From: Candidatus Tepidifontimicrobium thermophilum
GTDB taxonomy: Bacteria > Sysuimicrobiota > Sysuimicrobiia > Sysuimicrobiales > Sysuimicrobiaceae
DNA: 64,000 nt
Assembly: GCA_031459915.1 (NCBI GenBank)
Contig: JAVKHO010000005.1
Span: forward strand, 64,806-128,805
Direction of reading: 5' to 3'
In this document: piece after piece, positions 53,091-61,365 of the stretch
How positions within the stretch are numbered: the first letter of the stretch is position 1
Layout of the letters: each line of letters begins with the position of its first letter
Translations under genes and position numbers: made by a program
The notes under the pieces: generated by a model
The model's database searches: none
What the model saw: only the letters and a program-made list of their open reading frames with translations
What the model was told of the DNA's origin: nothing

Positions 53091-55733
53091 ATGGAGGAGC
53101 TGCCGAAGGCGTACGACCCCTCGCAGGTCGAGGCACGGCTGTACCGCGCGTGGGTCGAGCGGGGCTACTTCCGCGCCCTGCCGGACCCACAGCGCGCCCC
53201 GTGGGCGGTGATGATGCCGCTCCCGAACGTCACCGGGGAGCTGCACATCGGCCACGCCCTCAACAACACCCTGCAGGACGTGCAGACCCGCTTCTGGCGC
53301 ATGCGGGGCCGCAACGCCCTGTACCAGCCCGGCACCGACCACGCGGGGATCGCCACGCAGAACGTGGTGGAGCGGGAGCTGGCCCGGGAGGGGCTGCGCC
53401 GGGAGGACCTGGGCCGGGAGGGGTTCGAGCAGCGGGTGTGGCGGTGGGTGGAGAAGTACGGCCAGATCATCTACACGCAGCTGGAGCGGCTGGGCATCTC
53501 GTGCGACTGGGACCGAAAGATCTTCACCCTGGACCCCGACTACTACGACGCGGTCCTGGAGGCCTTCGTGCGCCTGTACCAGCGCGGGCGCATCTACCGG
53601 AGCCGCGACTACATGGTGAACTGGTGCCCCCGGTGCGCCACCGCCATCTCGGACCTGGAGGTGGTGCACGAGGAGGTCAGCAGCTTCCTGTGGTACGTGC
53701 GGTACCCCGGCGCAGACGGCTCGGAGGGGATCGTCATCGCCACGCAGAGGCCGGAGACCATCCTGGCCGACGTGGCGGTGGCGGTGCACCCGGAGGACCC
53801 AAGGTACCGGCACCTGGTGGGCCGGCGGGTAGTGGTCCCCCTGGTGGACCGCGTGGTGCCCGTGGTGGCGGACCCGCGCGTGGATCCGGAGTTCGGGACC
53901 GGCGCGGTGAAGATCACGCCCGGCCACGATCCCCTGGACTACGAGATCGGCAAAGACCACGGCCTCCCGGCCCTCGTGGTGATCGGGGAGGACGGCCGGA
54001 TGAACCAGGAGGCGGGCCGGTTCGCCGGGCTGGACCGGTTCGAGGCGCGGGAACAGGTGGCCCGGGCCCTGGAGGAGGCAGGGCTGGTGGTGCGGCGGGA
54101 GCCGTACCGGACGCGGGTGGGCCGGTGCGACCGCTGCCACACCGTGATCGAGCCCGCCCTCAGCGAGCAGTGGTTCTGCGACGTGCGGGAGATGGCGCAG
54201 CGCGCCGCGGACGCCATCCGCAGCGGCCGCGTGCGGTTCTTCCCCGAGCGGTGGGCGCGGGTGGCGGTGGACTGGCTGGACAACATCCGGCCGTGGTGCA
54301 TCTCGCGGCAGCTGTGGTGGGGCCACCGCATCCCCGTGTGGTGGTGCGAGGCGTGTAACCACCCCGTGGCGTCCAAGTCGGCCCCGCAGGACCGTTGTCC
54401 GGCCTGCGGCGGCCGCGCGTGGCGTCAGGACCCGGACGTGCTGGACACGTGGTTCAGCAGCGCCCTGTGGCCCTTCGCCACCCTGGGCTGGCCGCGGGAC
54501 ACCGAGGACCTGAGGTACTTCTACCCCACCAGCGTGCTGATCACCGACCGGGGGATCATCTTCCTTTGGGTGTGCCGGATGATCATGTTCGGCCTGGAGT
54601 TCATGGGGGAGGTCCCCTTCCACCACGTGTACATCAACCCCACGGTGATGGACCTGCAGGGGCGGCGCATGAGCAAGTCCCTGGGCACCGGGGTGGACCC
54701 CCTGCAGGCCATCCAGCGGTACGGCGCAGACGCCCTGCGGTTCGGGCTTGTGTCGCGGTGCTCCCAGGCGCAGCAGGACCTGCGGTTCGACGAGAAGATG
54801 GTGGCGGACACCCGCAACTTCGCCAACAAGATCTGGAACGCCACCCGCTACGTCCTCCGCAGCCTGGACGACTGGGACCCGCGCGGGGCTGACCCTGCAG
54901 CCCTGCGGGGACGTACCCCGGACCGGTGGATCACCAGCCGCCTGCAGCGGACCGTGCAGGCGGTGACGGCCGCGTACGAGGAGTACGAGTTCGACCGGGC
55001 GGCCCGGACCCTGTACCACTTCCTGTGGAGCGAGTTCTGCGACTGGTACCTGGAGATCAGCAAGGTGCTGCTGCAGGACCCCCGGGCGCAGGACGCCACC
55101 CGCCACACCCTGTGGCGGACGCTGGAGGCTAGCCTGCGGCTGCTGCACCCCATCATGCCCTTCGTCACCGAGGCGGCCTGGCAGGCCCTCCCCCATGAGG
55201 GTGCCAGCATCATGGTGGCTCCCTGGCCGCAGCCAGACCTCACCCGCTTGGACCCTGACGCGGAGGCGGAGATGGAGCTGGTCCAGCAGGTGGTGCGGGA
55301 GGTGCGCAGCCTGCGGGCGGACCTGCGCACTCCGCCGCAGGAGCGGGTGGAGGTACGGCTGGTGGCGGGGTCGGCGCAGGGTTCGCTGGAAAGCCACCAC
55401 GCCCTGCTGGAGTTCCTGGGCCGGGCCCGCGTGCAGTTCGTGGACGAGACGCAGCGGCCGGTCCCTGCCGCGGGCGGCGTGGTGGGGCCAGTAGAGGTGT
55501 GGGTGCCCCTGGACCGTGCGCAGGCCGACCGGCTGGCCCAGCGGGCCCGCGAGGAGCTCGAGGAGGTGCAGCGGGAGATCGAGCGGGTGCGGTCGCGGCT
55601 GGGAAACCCCGACTTCCTCCGACGGGCGCCCGCGGAGGTGGTGGAGGCCGAGCGGGAGCGGTTGAGCCAGGCGCAGGCCCGGCGCGACAAGCTCGCGCGG
55701 TACCTGGTCTCCGACCCCACCCAGCGGAGCTGA
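53091..55733 (+). CDS. valS: Valine--tRNA ligase
   Basis: PNVTGELHIGH, PGTDHAGIATQ, WCISRQLWWGHRIP, DVLDTWFSS and RMSKS. Confidence 0.97.
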   Translation: MEELPKAYDPSQVEARLYRAWVERGYFRALPDPQRAPWAVMMPLPNVTGELHIGHALNNTLQDVQTRFWRMRGRNALYQPGTDHAGIATQNVVERELAREGLRREDLGREGFEQRVWRWVEKYGQIIYTQLERLGISCDWDRKIFTLDPDYYDAVLEAFVRLYQRGRIYRSRDYMVNWCPRCATAISDLEVVHEEVSSFLWYVRYPGADGSEGIVIATQRPETILADVAVAVHPEDPRYRHLVGRRVVVPLVDRVVPVVADPRVDPEFGTGAVKITPGHDPLDYEIGKDHGLPALVVIGEDGRMNQEAGRFAGLDRFEAREQVARALEEAGLVVRREPYRTRVGRCDRCHTVIEPALSEQWFCDVREMAQRAADAIRSGRVRFFPERWARVAVDWLDNIRPWCISRQLWWGHRIPVWWCEACNHPVASKSAPQDRCPACGGRAWRQDPDVLDTWFSSALWPFATLGWPRDTEDLRYFYPTSVLITDRGIIFLWVCRMIMFGLEFMGEVPFHHVYINPTVMDLQGRRMSKSLGTGVDPLQAIQRYGADALRFGLVSRCSQAQQDLRFDEKMVADTRNFANKIWNATRYVLRSLDDWDPRGADPAALRGRTPDRWITSRLQRTVQAVTAAYEEYEFDRAARTLYHFLWSEFCDWYLEISKVLLQDPRAQDATRHTLWRTLEASLRLLHPIMPFVTEAAWQALPHEGASIMVAPWPQPDLTRLDPDAEAEMELVQQVVREVRSLRADLRTPPQERVEVRLVAGSAQGSLESHHALLEFLGRARVQFVDETQRPVPAAGGVVGPVEVWVPLDRAQADRLAQRAREELEEVQREIERVRSRLGNPDFLRRAPAEVVEAERERLSQAQARRDKLARYLVSDPTQRS

Positions 55734-55797
55734 CGTCCCAGGGATCCCCGCCGCGGGCGCCGAACTCCCTGAGGAGATCGACCAGCGGGAGGCGAGG

Positions 55798-56571
55798 ATG
55801 GAGTTCCAGAACATCCTGACGCAGGTGGACGGCCACGTCGCCACCGTCCGGCTGAACCGGCCCCAGGTCCTCAACGCCCTCAACGGCCAGACCCTGGACG
55901 AGCTGTGCGCGGCCCTGGACGCCTTCGAACTAGACCCGGAAGTACGGGTGGTGGTGCTCACCGGGGACGAGCGGGCGTTCGCCGCGGGTGCCGACATCCG
56001 GGAGTTCGAGGGGGTGACCCCTGTGGGGATGCTGGAGGGGCCGCGGGGCAAGCGGTGGGAACGGATCCGGGCCTTCCCCAAGCCCCTCATCGCGGCGGTG
56101 AGCGGTTACTGTCTGGGTGGCGGGTGTGAGCTCGCCATGGCCTGCGACCTCATCGTGGCGTCGGAGACCGCACGGTTCGGCCAGCCGGAGATCAACCTGG
56201 GGATCCTGCCGGGTGCCGGCGGCACCCAGCGGCTGCCGCGCGCGGTGGGCAAGCACCGGGCCATGGAGATGATCCTCACCGGGCGTCACATCACCGCACA
56301 GCAGGCGTACGAGTGGGGCCTGGTGAACCGGGTGGTGCCCCCGGAGGCCCTGATGGACGAGGTTTACGCCCTGGCGCGGGAGATCGCCAGCAAGGCGCCC
56401 GTGGCAGCCCGCTTGGCCAAAGCCGCGGTGCTGCGGTCCCTGGACACCCCACTGGAGGTGGGCTTGGACTACGAACGCCGCCTGTTCGCCCTGGCCTTCG
56501 GCACCGAGGACAAGGAGGAGGGCGTGCGGGCGTTTCTGGAGAAGCGCAAGCCGGTCTTCCAGGGCAGGTAG
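55798..56571 (+). CDS. Enoyl-CoA hydratase (PaaF-like)
   Basis: [16 protein letters not shown] and [20 protein letters not shown]. Confidence 0.9.
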   Translation: MEFQNILTQVDGHVATVRLNRPQVLNALNGQTLDELCAALDAFELDPEVRVVVLTGDERAFAAGADIREFEGVTPVGMLEGPRGKRWERIRAFPKPLIAAVSGYCLGGGCELAMACDLIVASETARFGQPEINLGILPGAGGTQRLPRAVGKHRAMEMILTGRHITAQQAYEWGLVNRVVPPEALMDEVYALAREIASKAPVAARLAKAAVLRSLDTPLEVGLDYERRLFALAFGTEDKEEGVRAFLEKRKPVFQGR

Positions 56572-56586
56572 GCGAGGAGGGACGCG

Positions 56587-57366
56587 GTGGGCTACCAGAC
56601 GCTCCTGTGGGAACTGTCGGACGGCGTGCTGACGGTGACGCTGAACCGGCCGGAGGTGCTGAACGCGGTCAACGACCGGATGGCGGAGGAGCTGCTGGAC
56701 GCCCTGCGGCGGGCCGCTCGGGAGGCGGAGGTGCGGAGCGTGATCCTGACGGGCGCGGGCCGCGCCTTCTGTTCCGGGCAGGACCTGCGGGAACGCGCCG
56801 CAGGGGACTTCTCGTACGCGCAGCACATCCGCACCCGGTACGCGCCGGTGATCCTGCAGCTGCAGAGCCTGGAAAAGCCCGTGGTGGCCGCGGTGAACGG
56901 GGTGGCGGCTGGGGCGGGTGCGAGCCTCGCGCTGGCGTGTGACCTGCGGGTGGCCTCCGAGGACAGCAGCTTCCTGCAGGCGTTCACCCGCATCGGGCTG
57001 GTGCCGGACTCGGGGGCCACGTACTTCCTCCCGCGCCTGGTGGGCCTGGGGAAGGCCTTCGAGCTCTGCTACCTGGCGGAGGCGGTCCCCGCACAGGAGG
57101 CGTGGCGGCTGGGCCTGGTGAACTGGGTGGTCCCCGCCGGGGAGCTCATGGGCAAGGCCCGGGAGGTGGCTGCCCGTCTGGCTTCCGGCCCCACGCGGGC
57201 GTACGGCCTCACCAAGCGCGCGCTCCTGCGCAACCTGAGAGCCGACCTCCAAAGCGCCCTGGACTACGAGGCCATGCTGCAGGACGCCGCCGGCCGCACG
57301 GAGGACCACCGGGAGGGGGTGCAGGCCTTCCTAGAGAAACGGCCGCCCCGCTACGTGGGTCGGTAG
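56587..57366 (+). CDS. Enoyl-CoA hydratase/isomerase (PaaG-like)
   Basis: [19 protein letters not shown] and IGLVPDSG. Confidence 0.88.
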   Translation: MGYQTLLWELSDGVLTVTLNRPEVLNAVNDRMAEELLDALRRAAREAEVRSVILTGAGRAFCSGQDLRERAAGDFSYAQHIRTRYAPVILQLQSLEKPVVAAVNGVAAGAGASLALACDLRVASEDSSFLQAFTRIGLVPDSGATYFLPRLVGLGKAFELCYLAEAVPAQEAWRLGLVNWVVPAGELMGKAREVAARLASGPTRAYGLTKRALLRNLRADLQSALDYEAMLQDAAGRTEDHREGVQAFLEKRPPRYVGR

Positions 57367-57382
57367 CCGTCGGGAGGACAGG

Positions 57383-58585
57383 GTGCGCGACGTGGTGGTC
57401 GTGGACGCGGTGCGGACCCCCATCGGGCGGTACGGGGGAGTGCTGCGCGACGTGCGGCCCGACGACCTGGCGGCGTTGGTGATCGCGGCCCTGGTCCGGC
57501 GGACGGGGATCGACCCCGCCTGCGTGGAGGACGTGGTGTTCGGCTGCGCCAACCAGGCGGGGGAGGACAACCGCAACGTCGCCCGCATGGCGGCCCTTTT
57601 GGCCGGGCTGCCCGTGGAGGTCCCCGGGCAGACGGTGAACCGGCTGTGCGGGTCCGGGCTGCAGGCGGCGGTGAGCGCGTACCACGCCATCCGCTGCGGG
57701 GACGGCGACGTGATGATCGCGGGCGGCGTGGAGAGCATGACCCGGGCGCCCTTCGTGGTGGCGAAGGCTGCCGAACCCTGGAGTCGGAAGCTGGAGGTCT
57801 ACGACACCACCATCGGCTGGAGGTTCACCAACCCCAAACTGGCGGAGAAGTACCCACCGTACTCCATGGGGGAGACCGCGGAGAACGTGGCCGAGCGGTA
57901 CGGCATCACCCGGGAGGAGCAGGACCGGTACGCCCTGATGAGCCAGCAGCGGGCGGCGCGGGCCGTGCAGGAGGGCCGCTTCCGGGACGAGATCGTACCC
58001 GTGGTCATCCCGCAGCCGTCCGGGGAGCCCGTGGTGGTGGACCGGGACGAACACCCGCGGCCGGACACGACCCTCGAGGCGCTTTCGAAGCTGCGGCCTG
58101 CCTTCCGGAAGGGCGGGACGGTGACCGCGGGGAACAGCTCCGGCATCAACGACGGCGCCGCGGCCCTGTTGCTGGCGGAGGCCAGCACCGCCCGCCAGCT
58201 GGGCCTGCGCCCCATGGCCCGCATCGTGGCCACCGCGGTGGCCGGCGTGGATCCCGCGGTGATGGGGATCGGGCCGGTGCCCGCGGTCCGCAAGGCCCTG
58301 GCGAGGGCGGGCCTGCGTGTGGAGGACGTGGACCTGGTGGAGCTGAACGAGGCTTTCGCCAGCCAGGTCCTGGCGTGCGTGCGGGAGCTGGGGTTGGACC
58401 TGGAGCGGGTGAACGTGAACGGCGGCGCCATCGCCCTCGGTCACCCGCTCGGGGCTTCCGGTGCCCGCATCCTGGGCCACCTGGTGTGGGAGATGCGGCG
58501 CCGGGAAGCTCGCTACGGCTTGGCCACCATGTGCATCGGAGTCGGCCAGGGCATCGCGGTGGTGGTGGAGCGGGTGCCGACCTAA
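57383..58585 (+). CDS. Thiolase (PaaJ/PcaF-like 3-oxoadipyl-CoA thiolase)
   Basis: [31 protein letters not shown] and MCIGVGQG. Confidence 0.9.
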   Translation: MRDVVVVDAVRTPIGRYGGVLRDVRPDDLAALVIAALVRRTGIDPACVEDVVFGCANQAGEDNRNVARMAALLAGLPVEVPGQTVNRLCGSGLQAAVSAYHAIRCGDGDVMIAGGVESMTRAPFVVAKAAEPWSRKLEVYDTTIGWRFTNPKLAEKYPPYSMGETAENVAERYGITREEQDRYALMSQQRAARAVQEGRFRDEIVPVVIPQPSGEPVVVDRDEHPRPDTTLEALSKLRPAFRKGGTVTAGNSSGINDGAAALLLAEASTARQLGLRPMARIVATAVAGVDPAVMGIGPVPAVRKALARAGLRVEDVDLVELNEAFASQVLACVRELGLDLERVNVNGGAIALGHPLGASGARILGHLVWEMRRREARYGLATMCIGVGQGIAVVVERVPT

Positions 58586-58666
58586 GCCGGCGGTCGCGTA
58601 GCGCCCCTCGACCTGGTCTATACTGGGACGGGTCCGAAAACACGAAGTGAGGCAGGGAGTCGACCG

Positions 58667-60016
58667 TTGCGTTCCCACACGCTTCGCGTCCTGATTCTAG
58701 TTGCCCTCGCGGTGGCGTCGTTCCAGGTGGTGTTCCAGCCCGTGCGCCTGGACGGGTGGCGGCCCGCCTGGCAACCGCCGCAGCCGCGCCTGCGGCTCGG
58801 GCTGGACCTCCAGGGTGGCACCCGCATCGTCCTCGAGGCGGAACGGCGCCCCGGCGTGGAGGTCACCGCGGACAAGGTGGACGCGGCTATGCGGGTCATT
58901 GAGAACCGCATCGACGCTCTGGGCGTAGCGGAGCCGCTGCTCCAGCGGCAGGGACAGGACCGCATCATCGTGGAGTTCCCGGGACTGCAGGACCCGCAGC
59001 GGGCGAAGGAGCTGATCGGCCGCACGGCGCTGCTGGAGTTCGTGGACACCGACCACCAGAGCCTGCCCCGGGGCGCGGAGTGGCTGCCGGACAACCGGCG
59101 CGTGCGCCTCCCGGACGGACAGGTGGTGTCCCTCCCCAAGAAGGTGGTGGTCACCGGCGCGGACCTGCGGGACGCCCGCGCGGAGTTCGACCAGCAGTCC
59201 CTGCAGTGGCTGGTGCGGTTCCGGTTCGCGGGAGAAGGGGCCAGGAAGTTCGAAGACCACACGGGCCGCAGCATCGGCGAGTACCTGACCATCGTGCTGG
59301 ACAACCGGGTGCTGTCCAGCCCGGTGATCCGGGCCCGCATCCCGGGGGAGGGTGTGATCGAGGGCAGCTTCACCGCGGACGAGGCGCGGGACCTGGCCAT
59401 CCTGCTACGGGGTGGTGCGCTGCCCGTGCCCGTGCGGCCGGTGGAGGAGCGCACCGTGGGCCCCACCCTGGGGCGGGACTCCATCGACCGCAGCCTGCGG
59501 GCGGGGTGGATCGCCGCGGTGGCGGTGGTCCTGTTCGTGACCGCCTACTACCGGCTGCCGGGCTTCCTCGCTTCGGTGTCCCTGTCCGTCTACGCGCTCC
59601 TGGTGCTGGCCCTCTTCGCGGGCCTGGGGGCTACCTTGACCCTCCCGGGCCTCGCGGGTCTGATCCTCAGCCTGGGGATCGCGGTGGACGGGAACGTGAT
59701 CATCTTCGAGAAGCTGAAGGAGGAGCTCCGGGCGGGCAAGACCCTCCGGGCCGCCATCGCCGCGGGGTGGCGGCGCGGCCTCGTGACCATCCTGGACTCC
59801 AACGTGACCACCCTGGTGGGTGCCGCGGTGCTGCTGTGGCTGGGCACCGGCCCCATCCGGGGCTTCGCGGTCACCCTGACCCTGGGCGTGCTGGCCTCCA
59901 TGTTCACCGCCATCGTGGCCACCCGGTGGCTGGTGGAGCTGTGCGCGGACCTGGGGCTCGCTCACAACCTGGCGCGGGTGGCGGACCTGCCGCGCCGGCC
60001 GGAGGTGGCGGCGTGA
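58667..60016 (+). CDS. secD: Protein translocase subunit SecD
   Basis: LGLDLQGG, RIDALGVAEP, VGPTLG and AVDGNVIIFE. Confidence 0.95.
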   Translation: MRSHTLRVLILVALAVASFQVVFQPVRLDGWRPAWQPPQPRLRLGLDLQGGTRIVLEAERRPGVEVTADKVDAAMRVIENRIDALGVAEPLLQRQGQDRIIVEFPGLQDPQRAKELIGRTALLEFVDTDHQSLPRGAEWLPDNRRVRLPDGQVVSLPKKVVVTGADLRDARAEFDQQSLQWLVRFRFAGEGARKFEDHTGRSIGEYLTIVLDNRVLSSPVIRARIPGEGVIEGSFTADEARDLAILLRGGALPVPVRPVEERTVGPTLGRDSIDRSLRAGWIAAVAVVLFVTAYYRLPGFLASVSLSVYALLVLALFAGLGATLTLPGLAGLILSLGIAVDGNVIIFEKLKEELRAGKTLRAAIAAGWRRGLVTILDSNVTTLVGAAVLLWLGTGPIRGFAVTLTLGVLASMFTAIVATRWLVELCADLGLAHNLARVADLPRRPEVAA

Positions 60017-60969
60017 AGGCCTGGGACCTCATGGGCAACCGCCGGTGGCTGTACCTGCTGTCCGCCGGGATCGTGCTGGCCAGCGTGGTGGCGATGGCGA
60101 TCCAGCCCGCCCTGGGCCGCCCGGTGCTGAACTGGGGTGTGGACTTCACCGGCGGTACCCTGATCACCCTGCGCTTCCAGGACCGGACGGTGTCCACCGG
60201 CCAGGTCCGCGCGGCCCTGCAGCCCCTCGGGCTCGGGGAGGCGATCATCCAGAAGGTCCACGAGACGGGGGACGTGTCCGTCCGCACGCGCCACCTGGAG
60301 CCTGAGGAGCGTCGGAGGCTGGAGCAGGCGGTGCGGGAGCGCGTGGGGCCCTTCACGGTGCTGAGCGTGGACGACGTGGGCCCCAAGATCGGACGGGAGC
60401 TGCGGAACGTGGCCATTCTGGGGGTGGCGGTAGGGCTGGCGCTGCAGGTGGTGTACGTCTCCCTGAGGTTCCGGTCCGTGCGGTTCGCCCTAGCCGCGGA
60501 CGTCGCCCTGCTGCACGACCTGCTGCTGGTCCTCGGGGTGTTCGCCCTGACCCGGGCGACCGTGGACAGCAGCTTCGTGGCGGTCCTGCTGACGGTGGTG
60601 GGCTACTCCATCAACGATACCATCGTGGTGTTCGACCGGGTCCGGGAGAATTTGCAGTTGCGGACGCGGGAGCCGTTCCTGCAGCTGGTGAACCGCAGCG
60701 TCCTGGAGGCCCTGGTCCGTTCCATCAACACGGGGCTGACGACCCTGCTGGCCATCGGCAGCGTGTACCTGTTCGGAGGCCCCACGGTCCGGGACTTCGC
60801 CCTGGGCCTCACGGTGGCAGTGCTCACCGGCGGGTGGTCCTCCGTGGGCGTGGCAAGCCCCCTGCTGGTGGACATGACCCTGTGGGCCGAGCGCAGGGCC
60901 GGCCAGGCCGCTGTCCAGCCCACGGCTCAGCCCGCGCGGGCGGCGGCGAGCCGGCGGGGCCGCGCCTAG
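60013..60969 (+). CDS. secF: Protein translocase subunit SecF
   Basis: GVDFTGG, VGPKIG and GYSINDTIVVFDRVRE. Confidence 0.95.
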   Translation: MKAWDLMGNRRWLYLLSAGIVLASVVAMAIQPALGRPVLNWGVDFTGGTLITLRFQDRTVSTGQVRAALQPLGLGEAIIQKVHETGDVSVRTRHLEPEERRRLEQAVRERVGPFTVLSVDDVGPKIGRELRNVAILGVAVGLALQVVYVSLRFRSVRFALAADVALLHDLLLVLGVFALTRATVDSSFVAVLLTVVGYSINDTIVVFDRVRENLQLRTREPFLQLVNRSVLEALVRSINTGLTTLLAIGSVYLFGGPTVRDFALGLTVAVLTGGWSSVGVASPLLVDMTLWAERRAGQAAVQPTAQPARAAASRRGRA

Positions 60970-61053
60970 ACCCCACGCGCCGCCATCGGGAGGGGGTGCC
61001 GGCGCGGCCGGCGGGCGTCTGTTCGACCCTCGTGGTAGACTGCGGGCAGAGCC

Positions 61054-61365
61054 ATGCGCCTTCTGGCCGGGGTGGTGTTCGTGCTGGCGGTGCTGTCCGT
61101 GGTGTTGGTTCTCAGCAACGCGGGCGCCTCGGACCGCTACCCCCTCCGTCTGGCAGCCTGGACGGTCCTGCACGACACCCTGCCCGCCTTGCTGGTTGCG
61201 GTCCTGTTTGCAGGCGCTGCCATCGCGGGCCTGCCCCTGGGCGTAGCGAACTGGTGGCTGCGTAGACGCGTGGCCGGCCTGGAACGCGAGCTGCGGGCGG
61301 TCCGCCAGGCGAGGGCTGACGCCGCGGCTGAACGGCCGGGCTCCGGGGAGGGCATGCCCAAGTGA
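61054..61365 (+). CDS. LapA/DUF1049-like small membrane protein
   Basis: Two TM segments with SN after TM1 and a C-terminal coiled coil; located between secF and recJ. Confidence 0.6.
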   Translation: MRLLAGVVFVLAVLSVVLVLSNAGASDRYPLRLAAWTVLHDTLPALLVAVLFAGAAIAGLPLGVANWWLRRRVAGLERELRAVRQARADAAAERPGSGEGMPK

